DNA of 63,867 bases, the filler included, from Phoronis australis (Eukaryota; Animalia; Phoronida), in assembly GCA_002633005.1 (NCBI GenBank). It is 7 parts of 7 records of this genome, joined end to end, with 100 filler letters (N's around TTAATTAATTAA, not from the genome) between each part and the next. Parts side by side here need not be neighbours in the genome. Positions count along the whole stretch, not along the records: positions 1 to 22,976 come from NMRA01000267.1; positions 23,077 to 34,602 come from NMRA01001049.1; 5 more parts are not named here. The stretch is one strand, 5' to 3'. The translations under genes were made by a program, and so were the position numbers. Shown here in pieces: positions 13,011-24,604 of this stretch; position 1 is the first letter of the stretch; the number at the start of each line of letters is the position of its first letter. A model generated the notes under the pieces. The model worked only from the letters and a program-made list of their open reading frames with translations. It made no database searches and was not told the origin of the DNA.

Positions 13011-15580
13011 CTTAATTTCAAATCAAACGTTGATGACATCTTACTAAGCAAAAACTACGTGTAGGCATCATGCATGACTTATTTCAAACGTCACTTTTGA
13101 ATTCATTAAATAAGAAACTTCTTATCTTATTAGAGTTGACTCTTCGGTAACCAATTTAAGTTTCCCATTTTTGTTAGAGGCGCCTTGGTTTCGGGTGACT
13201 GTAACGGAAAAAATAATTCAGTGACCCCACATTTTTTGCAGATTTGTAGTAGGCAAAGACCAAACTACAAAATACGAAAAACAATCATAAATTGAAACTG
13301 TGTCGAATTATTTGCGTAAATTAATTCTTGTTAACAGCGTAAGTAATTCTTCGCTGCGTAAATTTATCATTTGCAGCGCAAACCTTTCAACGGCGTAAAT
13401 TCATTATTTGCGGAGTTAATCAAAGGTAATTTACTCGCGTAAATTACGCACGTAAATTAACTTTAACTTACGCCGTTAATTATTAACTTACGTTTCGCTA
13501 CAAAGAAATAATTTACGTCGTAATTTACGTGCGTAATGTACATCCATTTGGCGAAACAGTTGGTTGAGGGTGGCTCTGAGAGGATGGCGGTCGCTTAAAT
13601 ATATCCACACAGAACATCAAATGGTTTAATAACACATGTTATAGTGCAAAACAATAAGCTTATTACAAATGTGAGAATTCCTAGTCCTGCCATGTTGGTG
13701 GTGATGTATATGAATAGTTACAATGGTTCAAAACAGAGTAAGACACTACTGTAATTAACAACTCAAAATAATGGTAACACAACGATGTAATAGCAACAGT
13801 AATAGTGTACCAGTGTATATAAATATTGACATTGGTTGAAATATGGCAAGAGATTGTTATGAAGATCATAAGATCATACTCTAACAGGGCTCGATGTATA
13901 ACTGACGGTAGTTAGCCAAAAACATTTATTTGCAGGGTTCAACCCTGTAACAATAAAACAACATTTGCAATAAAACATAACCAGGTTGAAACACACAGTA
14001 TTATGATTTACACACTATTGCAACAATATTTGTCCAGAGAGACACTGTATTAACAATTCATCCACATCAGTAATCAACGTTCTATGTAAATCCTAATGGT
14101 GAAGCTCCCGCACACTGAACCTCGAGAACTTTGGTTCGAATCCCGTTAAACATATGTTTTACATAAACTAATTTTTAAAATATATGAATTATACTGCTAT
14201 CAGAATACAAAGTTGTTCAACATCCTACAACAATGAAATAACAACAACGATAGCATAAAATATGGTTGGCAGCTGAAATAAAGTAACAGAATAACGTTAA
14301 TACGGGATTTTAACAACAGTAACAACAACTCGAATGCCATTGCCACGGCAGTAGCAGGCTGCGTGTGCTAATAAGTTGGGACGTAACTCCTGAGGGTGAG
14401 TTTGGTTGGCAAGTACAGAAAATGTCGGGCAACGAAAGAACAAGAGCTCTCGGAGGAGCGACCCTTGGCGAAATTAACTAAAAAGACGACGATAGAGATG
14501 ATGACCAAGATGATGAAGATGATGATGATGGTGGCGATAACGAACAATATGATAACATTCACATGACGAATGTAGATGTCAGAAATCAGTAAGAAATAGG
14601 CTACTGTCTTGTTCAATAGCAGGTAAACCCACAACAGTGCAGCAAAGTCGGTCAACAAAGGACCAGCGTTTTCAGAAAATCTCGAATAATTCAAAAAGTA
14701 GTAAGCCCTAGCGTAAAATGTAAAATATCTTGTGACAGCCCATCCTGCAATTTTTAATCAAACCAGTTTCAGGTCTATGACCTTTACAAGATTTTGGGAG
14801 CTCAATTAATTTCGTAATAGTGTTTCATGTCGTACTGAGGAAGTCGACTTTTGCACTTGGAGCAACGGTATGTTAGAGCAACTTCGCTAATAAGGAGTTG
14901 AAATTCTAGTTTATCTCTGCTGTAATGTTCTTGGTAGAATAAGTCTCCTCACTACGGAGCATCAGAAAGAAACATTAATTTTGTGGTCACCGTAATAACT
15001 AAAGCAAACTGCTTCACCACCCATTCAAGTATTAAATATCAGATAGATGCCAGCATCTGTCTAATCTGATTAACCTTTGTACAAAGGTTTAGACAAAGGA
15101 TGACAGGATTTGACCTAAGGTTTGGATTTTCATAAAATCTATCGCCAGTCAATGCTTCAAATCTCCTGATGCTTACAATAATTGCCTCTCAGCGTCCAAC
15201 AACGGGCAATCATTATGATATTGAAAACATGAATTCGCAGTCCGGTATTAGGCTCTGATTATGGTGACAGAACTTGTTGCCTTGGTGGAGAAATGAGAGA
15301 GCAGGGCTTCTGCAAAGCTGGTCCAGTGTTTCTGATGATATGTCTTTGAAACGACTGAATACCGATGGAAGGTAAACGGGAATGTACGTGTACTGGTTGA
15401 TTTTTAGCTGTGTACCTGGGTTTTATTTTTGCTTCATAACGGGGACCATATTTCCACAACATTCGATTGTGAGAGTGTATAAGGGACGCCTTTGTTACCA
15501 ATGGTTGATTTGAGCTTTGGTAAAACGCCACCACGGCAGCAAGATGACAAAAGTAGACTTCCAAACATGTCTGAGGCAGG

Positions 15581-15628
15581 CTATCGATTACAAAATGAGG
15601 AATACTTACACAGGGATCTGTAAACGTT
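15581..15628 (-). CDS. Probable detached C-terminal tail of the GPCR (NVYRSLCKYSSFCNR*)
   Basis: An open frame directly beyond the transposon terminus at 15630 encodes a helix-8/Cys-containing tail followed by a stop. Confidence 0.45.
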   Translation of the reverse strand, partial: NVYRSLCKYSSFCNR

Positions 15629-15629
15629 A

Positions 15630-15868
15630 TAGCGGGGCAGATAGTGGAAAAATCATGCATTTGATGATACAAGCACCAAAATTGGCATGGTGACATCCTA
15701 AGGTATACTCAACAGATCTACCCGACTAGCCACCTAAAATTCCAAAATGGCGGCCATTTTTCAAAATGGCCGCCATTTGATGCTTGTGAGTAATGCTTTT
15801 CCTCATAAATCTGTCTCTGCCCAACCGATTTTCATGAACTTGTTGTCAAATTGTATGTTTTTGAATAT
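15630..15868. mobile_element. Terminal fragment of an Academ-like DNA transposon abutting the GPCR
   Basis: Begins TAGCGGGGCAGATAGTGGAAAAATCATGCATTTGATGATACAAGCACCAAAATTGGCA and contains CAAAATGGCGGCCATTTTTCAAAATGGCCGCC. It ends at the single-n join at 15869. Confidence 0.6.
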
Positions 15869-15869
15869 N

Positions 15870-16726
15870 GCCAAAATGTCAAGAACAGAAAATCTTACAA
15901 TCGTAAACCACACGGGATCGTTGTTTGACGGGAGTCGCACGCGTGTAACTATAGCGACGGGTATGTTACACAGGATAAAGAACAAAACAAACTGCAGCAT
16001 GGCTCTCGTTATCTTGAATTGACCCTTTAGCGACTGGGAAACATCCGAAGAGTTTATTTTCTTGCGCTGTTTGTAGGCCAGAATTGCGACATAAGAGTGA
16101 AATGTTACTATTAGTGTCATTGGTATGTATACTGTCAAAATCGAATAAATGTCTCGAGCAGCTTTGCTTGAAATTATGGTTTCAAAAACGCACCTCTGAT
16201 CCGGTATGTCTGTTGACGCTGTAGCTAACAAGATAGCAGGTATCGTTAACGCAAGCAGTAAACCACCCACGACTACATTTACGTGAACGCGTCTGGTCAT
16301 CAGGACGTTGTGCCGCAGCGGGAATTTGATGAAGATGAACCGGTCTACTGCCAGCGCTGTTAGCATATAGTTCGTGGCTGTGACTGCATATAGTGTAGGA
16401 AACATCATTATTTTGCAGGCGGTTGGACTTAAAATGTCCTCGACTGGTAGTGACCGCCAATGAAGAGGCACAATGTAACTTCTGAATGCGCTAAGAGCTA
16501 TTGAAAAAGCAAGCAGGAAGTCCGTTTGTGCCAAAGCAACCAAAAAGATACTGATGTTTTCTGCTCGAACCTCATGATCGGTAAAAAACATCCAACCAAC
16601 GAGAGCGTTTCCTATACACGTTACTGCCGCAATGACCATGTCAATGACAGAAAACACATAAAACACACTTTTCGGAATGTCATTTGCGAGATACCAGGGT
16701 AAGACAGTGTTGTTGAGCGATTCCAT
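15870..16726 (-). CDS. Intronless rhodopsin-like (class A) G protein-coupled receptor; TM1 to start of TM7 present, NPxxY missing
   Basis: ATG at 16726 (MESLNNTVLPW, N-glycosylation sequon). Motifs: GN in TM1, LAQTD in TM2, Cys at the top of TM3, DRF..I.FPLR, ECL2 Cys (QRCVF), TM5 YIP, TM6 FILCNIP. The frame reaches RFSVLDILA at the n at 15869; the last ~20 aa of the listed ORF are transposon sequence. Confidence 0.9.
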
Positions 16727-18011
16727 CGAGTAAGTCGGACCGTCGATGTTCTCCACAAAACTTGTTTCGTAAAGATGATCTTTGAAGCGAAAGATATCAC
16801 ACTTGCTTTTATGGACACCAAACGATATACAACTGAAAGTCGTGATGGCACACACATTATATACTTCCGAAAATTAGCGTCATATTTGTAACGCTGCTGT
16901 ATAATTGCTCACATGACGAGGCGGTTAGTGCAATCAGAGACAGTAAAGAAGGAGACAAATATAGCGAAATCTCATTGGACCATTGGACGGCCACTGGCTT
17001 TTTTCGCTTTCCCACTGATTCAAATAGACAATATTTACGACTGAAACAAATGACGCCGTTGCGTGAAACTGTTGCCAGTCAACCAGTGATAGGCTGGGTG
17101 ATTTGAACTTAATATCTTTACTGTTCCTTGCATTTGATCCCTCATATAGAAAATTATTTACTGATTAGTTTATTCTATGCCCACTGATGCTTCTAACTAC
17201 TTTCTTTCATTTCTTTCTGCTTCTTAATACATTCAGACCTATATTCACTATAGTTATTTATTTATTTACTAATTTTGTTATTGCTATATTATCAGATATT
17301 TGTTTTTATCTATACTTTATTATTCATTTATTTTTATTGATTTACTGTTTTTTATTTATTTACTGTTTATTATTTGTTCGTATTTTTTTATTCAAATTAT
17401 TTCTTGTGATCCCATACAGTCAACATCCTCACTGTTGCTGGTCTATAATCTATATTATACGCTAGTAATGAACACCCTTAAAAAACATATGGTTTAAGGT
17501 GCAGTTGTGGGTGCATTGTGTTGCTCCTGTTTACAAATCATTGACAAGCACTGATTATTTTGTATACGCAGTTTAAGCTCACTTATGTTATTATAATTTG
17601 GACACTATATTGCAGCATTTTTCTGCACCCACAATATTTTCCTTGTCTGACAATTATTTTTCAAAGCGACTGGACAGATTCTGGTGAAATTCATTTTAGT
17701 TAAATTTATGGCTGGGATACGCCAGCACCACTTCATTTTTGGACGAATTTAAGTGCTGTGTTATCCCGTTTTCAACAATATAGAGCTTGTTCAAAATTAT
17801 TGTCAAAAATGGCTTAGCAGTGTTTAACGAAACACGACACAGAGATGTATGGCGAAGATGCTTCATTTTTGTTTAATTTTGACTGCAGTTCGAGGTGCAC
17901 ATTTAATTATTATCATGGTATGGACTTCAGTGCATAATAAATATTAATTGTATGTTTGGTAACCTGATTGATAATTTGCCATAGGAAGTGTTGAAGGAAG
18001 TGGTCTTTTAA

Positions 18012-18187
18012 AGGCGTACTGAGCCCTACATCGGTGGGAAACCCAGTTACACTCAGTGACGATATCGCTTCTTTAGATATTTGTTTTGACATGGGTCTTA
18101 AAGCATCAAGTCACGCAATAAGGCGTCCTTGTGTTATTTACTTTGAAGTTGGCCATTTTTACCTGCCAACGTAGGGTGAATATGCCT
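18012..18187. mobile_element. TTAA-flanked MITE (Kolobok-type ends)
   Basis: TTAA|AGGCGTACTGAGCCCTACATCGG ... CCAACGTAGGGTGAATATGCCT|TTAA. Confidence 0.7.
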
Positions 18188-18663
18188 TTAACTAACTCCT
18201 GAATGTGAATGGTTTACGAGAGCTGGAATGCATCGTAAAAAGCAACCCTAAATGGACTGTGTATTCAACATGCATCTTGGTTGTTTTATGGGGACATAAA
18301 AGGGAGGTTTACAGGACTGCTAGCAGGAATTCCATCTCTTACCCCCTACCCCTGTTGCCCCCAGTTTCATTTACCACAACCCACCCCAATTCGATACCCA
18401 TTTCAGATATCATCAGGCACGGATGCTGAAGGTTCAGTACCCGGTTGCATGAAACAGTCCCAAATGGAGACTCCAGTATGTTCCCCAAAGAACTGCGTAT
18501 TCGTGGGTTTTGTACGTTGAATCCTCAAAATTATTGAAAACTACGTCTCTGAATATTAATATATAGAGGAGCTCGTAATAAAGATAAAATGATAGAAAAG
18601 TATAACAGCTATGAGTAAAGAACGAAACAAATACGCAAAAGATTTAGGCAACTCAGTTGAGCA

Positions 18664-18816
18664 CAGGCGGATCCAGGGGGTCAAAGGGATCCGGACCCCA
18701 ATTTCCCTTGATTTTAGTGATACCAAATCTAGAATCTTCAAATTGTTGACTAGGAACACCCTTCGTTAAAAAATCTTCGATCAAACCCTTTTTAAAAAAT
18801 CCTGGATCTGCCCCTG
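18664..18816. mobile_element. Short MITE with GGCGGATCCAGG TIRs
   Basis: CAGGCGGATCCAGG ... CCTGGATCTGCCCCTG. Confidence 0.75.
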
Positions 18817-21700
18817 TTGGGTCGCTCTTTGGAAATGTGTCATGTAACTGGGCACAGACCTTCCTACTTGAATGTAGAATGTCGTAAGGTGTGAATTTTC
18901 GAAACAAACATCTGGACCCGTGTTTGGATGGCGTAAGAGGGCAGTTTTTGGACATTGGCGTAGGAAACATTTTATGGTTGAGGGGAGGAGGGTCTGTTAC
19001 TTTTTCAATTTTATTTCAAAACAAATTTTGTCTGTTGAAATTTTTGATAATTAATTGTTAATTAATTGATATTAACACATGGAATATTGGGGGACAGAAA
19101 GCTATTTCTGCCCCCAACGTTTTAGTTGAGAGGCGCCCCACTCCCCGTTTTTGCTTCTACCTCTTCTTCAGTAGATCTATCTAAAGTTATCACTTCTCTG
19201 ACACCCCTGGACAAAATGCTCCAGGTTCTGTATCTTCCCACCCTCCAATCACCTACTTTCACCTGCTCATCTCTGATTAGTGAATCATCATCTTGCTTAT
19301 GATGTATTTCTTGTAATCTATATTACCTTTGCTGCCCAAATTGTTTCTTGATTTACTAAATTCAGCCACCGTAGTCGACGCCTCGCGTACTTCGTCGTCG
19401 TACACAAACCCGCTAGGTGTCGCCACGGTTCATGACACAATAATGGCAGCGGCCAAAGTGAATAGTCTTATTAACGTCCTTATGGAATTGTGACGCAATT
19501 TCAAGAAAGCTAGCCTCCCGTTCAGTTACGCTAGGACCTCGCTAAAAAGCAAGATTCGAGAGATTGTGTGAGATATTGCCATGTATTTTGACAGAGACCC
19601 CGTGACTTTGATATCACAGGCGATCGGCAGGAGAATTCACTCCGCCATCTTTCGCTGCAATCATAGTTATCGGTCAAAAAACTAGCGCCCCAAGCGGCTA
19701 ATAAGCAACACTAATTCAACGGCGCAATCCGAACCATGTAAACACCGATAAATTCATACTTAAATGACGTTTGACGTGCAATAAAATTACTGTGTGATTG
19801 AAAATGGGTAAAATACGTAAACTAACATCGATTGAGAATTAAAATTTGTGTTTTAATCAATAGCGAAGTGTATTTGCTTTAATCCTCTGGAAGCTCTCTT
19901 CAGAAGCCATCATGTTTCATGTTTTGAGTTCTTAATAAAACAAATTACAGCTTCTCATAACATTTCATACCTCAATGGACTACATAATGGTTCAGGAGGG
20001 AGTTGCCCCCATGTGCCAGCAAGGAAGGAGTGCAAACCGGGTGGGCGCAAAATGGGTGTTGACCCCCTTCCATGGGGTACATGGGAGGAGTATTAAACAG
20101 GGAAAAATCCAATGGGGTATGCCACATGAGTGTTGAGCCCCTCCCAGTGTTCCCCTGACAATTGATAAGATTTGACCCTCGTCTGAGCATGACCCCAAGG
20201 ACTTTTGCTTGTAATGACTGGTGGCCATCATGCCCCAGTACCATTCTGGGTGATTTCAATTTTTCATTCCAAAGTGCTCCCAGCTCACTGAGCGTTTCAT
20301 GTCCAGCCAGCAATTTTGAATGTGTTCCCTATGAATACGCCAGCCTGCTGCCAGTGCAGACAATTGATCCGTGCAGTAGGTGTAACACAAGTGAGAAGAA
20401 GAAAGCAAGACAATTTATCACTACTACAACACGGTAGACCATTCTTATGCTCCCTCACATATAATTTTAATAGACGTACATCGACAACAAAATATCTGCA
20501 GATGGCAGAGCGTAGCCTGTGCCGTAGCCTACACTGCAGACAACAGCGGCACCAGGACTGCGATCGACTTGACTTCCAACCATGAACAGAACACGCAAAA
20601 TGAAAGACAATGTATCATATTATAGAATAACAACTAATCCATACATTTTTGGATCCTTAGGAAACGTAAAAAATGACACGTCTGGGGGTTTTCGTGGATG
20701 AATTAGTGCAATTTATCGCACTGTAAAATGCGCCCATCTCCATTGTTGTCGCGATTCCTACTTGACCGTTTGTTATTCCCCATTTGGCGGCGCTAGTAGC
20801 AACGATAACAGCGAACTCACAAGTGAACTCTCCTATTGTACACATACACTCCTTGCTACCACTCCGATTCCGTCATCTGCTCCACTGTGCAATGAAGAGA
20901 ATAGCGGATTTGCAGCGCAAACGAACTACGCATTGTGCATGTGCGAGTTACTTCCTGCGCGAAGGCTCATCTGATAGCTTGTGGTCAGGCATGTCTTGAG
21001 CAGGCTGGATAATGTGTGCATTTGGAGTGATTTGCAAACTAAAAACCATGTTTCATTTTTTTTGCTTTATAATACCAAGCAAGTCCTCTCTCTCGTTTGT
21101 AAACACAGCGTAGCTATGATCAGTGACCGTGTGACCGAGGGCACAACTGTCGTCATGTTCAGTATTGGGGCTATCGGCGTTGATTTCGAAATCTCCTCTG
21201 GTTTCAGACAAGTTGAGAGTTCTTGGGTTGCTTAACTATTGTAGCTTTCGCCGTGGATATGCTAGAGACGTTAATTTTAAGAGGAAACTCCGTCGGAATG
21301 TTGTTCTCATACGTCTTTTTTACCAGGAAAATGTTCGCTGCACACACGATGGCCCCTAGGCAATTACATCACACTGGATGCCGCAGGCATTCAGGGGCGA
21401 TAGTACATCCTCACAAAAAGTTACTCATTTCAAAATACAGCAAATAAAATCAAATGAACCATACATGTAGGAACACAGAGTTACAATTAACACATACCAC
21501 GACTCTGGATTCAATTTAGTCAGCAAAACTTGAACAAATCGATGAAAATCTGTCGCGGTTTGCTCGAGTTTCTCTCAGTTACCAGGTGCCATTTTGAGGA
21601 AGTTGGTGAAATTACGCATGTTGACGAATAAAAAGTCCAAAGGACACACATCTTACAAGTTTCTCCCGATACTTTCTCATGCTATTTTACAAGTGTCGCG

Positions 21701-21828
21701 CGCTAGCGTCTGACGCTGGCGTCTGACGATGGCGTCTGACGCTGGCGTCTGACGCTGGCGTCTGACGCTGGCGTCTGACGCTGGCGTCTGACGCTGGCGT
21801 CTGACGCTGGCGTCTGACGCTGGCGTCT
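21701..21828. repeat. 13-bp minisatellite (GCGTCTGACGCTG), about 10 copies
   Basis: Directly visible and nearly perfect; the unit contains the inverted repeat GCGTC-T-GACGC. Confidence 0.95.
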
Positions 21829-22172
21829 AACCTTTGCTTAACTCACGTGATTCAGTTGACATGCTTTGTGGTTATCGCAGCTCACGCGGTGACAAAATTA
21901 ACGGCAACCAAAAAAGTGGAGTTATAATTCTTCACCCAAGTCAACTTAATTCTCACAACTAAGCTTCATCAAAGATATGTATAGAAGTAGAAAGGACCAA
22001 TTATGAAAGTAAGCTTTTAAATGATAGTTTTAAGTGTAGAATGTATTTTTGACGAGGTGAAAACTCGAAATCGGTAACCCAAATCCGGTCACGGCCCGTT
22101 TAACGAAATGTAACGAAATGAGTACAGAAAGCGAATGGGAGTATTGTAGCCCCTATATGGCCTACCGAGGGG

Positions 22173-22379
22173 CTACGTGTTGCCTACTAGATAGTCCTGC
22201 GTTGGTTTGAATGCGCTAAATCTCCCCTTACTCCCAGCTCTCCTAATGTTGTTTATCAATTTTTCACGAAGTTCTTGGTTTGCAGGGAACACAGAAAAAC
22301 TCAGATTTTCATCTGTCTTGTTGTTTTTGAAGCAGCCAGGAACACAAGTGTATCCGCTGTAAGTTTTCTTCGCGCTCAT
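22173..22379 (-). pseudogene. Degenerate THAP zinc-finger domain (transposase N-terminus relic)
   Basis: MSAKKTYSGYTCVPGCFKNNKTDENLSFSVFPANQELREKLINNIRR..FKPTQDYLVG has CVPGC, FP and the R..(W>L)...I pattern; the final CxxHF is lost. Confidence 0.7.
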
Positions 22380-22829
22380 ACCGCGTATTATGCTTGTTAC
22401 TATGGCCGCTTTCGGAATCCTGACCACAGCACCCACAATGCACCATTTTAACCTAACTTCAATATGGCGTCGCTGCAAATCCGCTATTACTTCATTTTTC
22501 AAAGAAAACGGAAGCTGAGTGACGATGAAGAAACAGAAGCTGCTGGTACGATGCGAATTTTAATCGAAGTCAAAGTGAATCACTCAGAAACTCATCATTC
22601 TCTCTTTGTCAAACATTAAAATTAATACGATTTGCAAAGCAAGCACGTGGTTAAAACCAACACCAAAAAGAAATTTGGTCTTTTGGTTAACATACTATTT
22701 TAAGCACAACAACTTTTCCTACAAATTGGTTGCACAAATATAAAAGGTGCAATAAACATTACAGGAAGGAGCAGGTTCGCACTGGAACGGTGTGGACCAT
22801 AAACAAGTATGTCTGGGGTTTATTCGGAA

Positions 22830-22893
22830 GCGTGGTGGCGCAATGGAAGAGTGTTTGCTCTTTAAACAAGAGATCATGAGTTCGAGTCCATCC
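22830..22893 (+). other. tRNA-derived Pol III promoter-like segment (SINE head or tRNA relic)
   Basis: A-box TGGCGCAATGG and B-box GTTCGAGTCC at tRNA-like spacing; the acceptor stem does not pair. Confidence 0.55.
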
Positions 22894-22976
22894 AATTTAT
22901 TATTTTCCGTTTTTAAATGACAAGCGGCGATACCGCTATTAAACTGTTTAATGCTTTAAAAAAAGAATTGTTAATA

Positions 22977-23076
22977 NNNNNNNNNNNNNNNNNNNNNNNN
23001 NNNNNNNNNNNNNNNNNNNNTTAATTAATTAANNNNNNNNNNNNNNNNNNNNNNNNNNNNNNNNNNNNNNNNNNNN
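22977..23076. other. Scaffold gap with artificial TTAATTAATTAA linker (linkers also at 34647, 37090, 51566, 57796, 60838)
   Basis: An identical 12-mer is centred in 100-nt N gaps and encodes stops in all six frames. Confidence 0.97.
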
Positions 23077-23380
23077 TAAGCTTTTCCGTCGATGTATAGA
23101 TGGCGCAGTAGTCAAGTACTCCCTCATTTGCATATCAAATTTGCATGTGGGAGCTCTGAGACTCTCGTCAGTTGTTGGTCGAGCGCTTGAGTGGATAAAG
23201 CGGTGACCTCCCACTGAGAGCACGCGCTGATGAAGATACCACTCGATCGTTTCGCAATCAGGAGGTGAAAACACTCTCATGACCGCAGTTCTGAATTCCA
23301 GCTAAGCAAGCCCTATTTCGAGGAGCGGACTTTGAATTGTTTTCGTCCCCTGACAGTGGATTGCAGAGATTACAATGAGG

Positions 23381-23832
23381 TCAACATCAAACTTTCTGCT
23401 GCTACATGTCGTGTTGACAAAAGTTTGAAGTGTCAGAACCATAGACGGAGCCTGCGGGATGTCATGATTCCTGTTCTTCAGTTGACGAAAACATTGCTAC
23501 TGGCATAAAGAATGGCCGTGGGAAATTAATTTTGAGATGGACACCTGTATCCAAGAATAAATATTAATACTCTGTAATATCTCATCCTCCGCGTTTCGTT
23601 TCTTTTNTCAACATCAAACTTTCTGCGGCTACATGTCGTGTTGACAAAAGTTTGAAGTGTCAGAACCATAGACGGAGCGTGCGGATGTCATGATTCCTGT
23701 TCTTCAGTTGACGAAAACATTGCTGTTGGCATAAAGAATGGCCGTGGGAAATTAATTTTGAGGTGGACACCTGTATCCAAGAATAAATATTAATACTCTG
23801 TAATATCTCATCCTCCGCGTTTCGTTTCTTTT
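23381..23832. repeat. ~226 bp tandem duplication across a single-n join (likely haplotype overlap artefact)
   Basis: 23381-23606 is nearly identical to 23608-23832, with n at 23607. Confidence 0.85.
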
Positions 23833-24604
23833 GACGCTGTTTGAGGTTGCGGTATCGTGAAACAACACTGTCGGGTGAGAGAAGTTGCACCGAATAATTG
23901 GAATTGGCTGCAGTTCCTCCTTTAGAATGCCCGGACTCAACTGTGTCGTTTTCTTGGCAAGTCTCTTGCCTGCCGAAATTTTTCTGAGCATTGAAGACAT
24001 CGGCCTTCTCTTGCGCCAATTAATCAACCTTTTATCTGCTCAGGCTACAAAAACGTTATGCCTAATTTTCTACCATTTTAGCACACTTTGTGGTTCTGCT
24101 ACAGTTAGCACTGCCATAATTGTATTTCTTAATTCCGCCACAGTATGCATACTTGGAAGTTAGTTTTGCTAGGTGTTGTTCATCATTAAATGCCTCAAAT
24201 TTCTTGACGCCATGGACATTTCCGTCAACACAAAACGCACCCTTGCCATTCTTAAAAATTCGTATATATGTGCTATAATTGCTTCAAAGGACCGGCAGTA
24301 ACCGTGGCTGGAATGTCGGTAGCTTCGAGACTAAGTATACAACTAACTCCTGTTGAAATTCTCCATACTTCCAAATTCTTGTTTGCAGGTGCTGGTAATT
24401 GCCTTCAATGGTTTTCATAATAAGAGACTAGAAATGCGAGTTGTCACTGCCTTACATTTTCACTGGCCACCTCGCTACATTCGACTTGCGCAATAGCCGA
24501 ATTAGTGTCCACATTTGTGGTCATGTGCCGGATACAGGCCCATGAGACAAGTTGCAGCAACAAATTCAGTACGAATCTATAAACCCTTTTACACGCACAA
24601 TTAA

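Noticed and set aside
14368-14694. 108-aa hydrophobic ORF
   Set aside because: Produced by GAT/ATC trinucleotide-like low-complexity sequence.
16727-16855. N-terminal extension of the GPCR in the ORF track
   Set aside because: It starts at GTG; the eukaryotic start is more plausibly the ATG at 16726.
17187-17497. Membrane-protein-like ORFs
   Set aside because: T-rich low-complexity DNA.
19972-20390. Exon-like minus-strand segment with a donor at ~19970
   Set aside because: Stops in all frames and no recognisable domain.
23021-23032. Recurrent TTAATTAATTAA palindrome
   Set aside because: Always centred in N gaps, so it is an assembly linker.
23215-23285. CTGATGA...GAAA hammerhead candidate
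   Set aside because: No stem I or NUH cleavage site in the correct register on either strand.
23880-24420. Coding-looking minus-strand stretches
   Set aside because: Multiple stops and no motif recognised.
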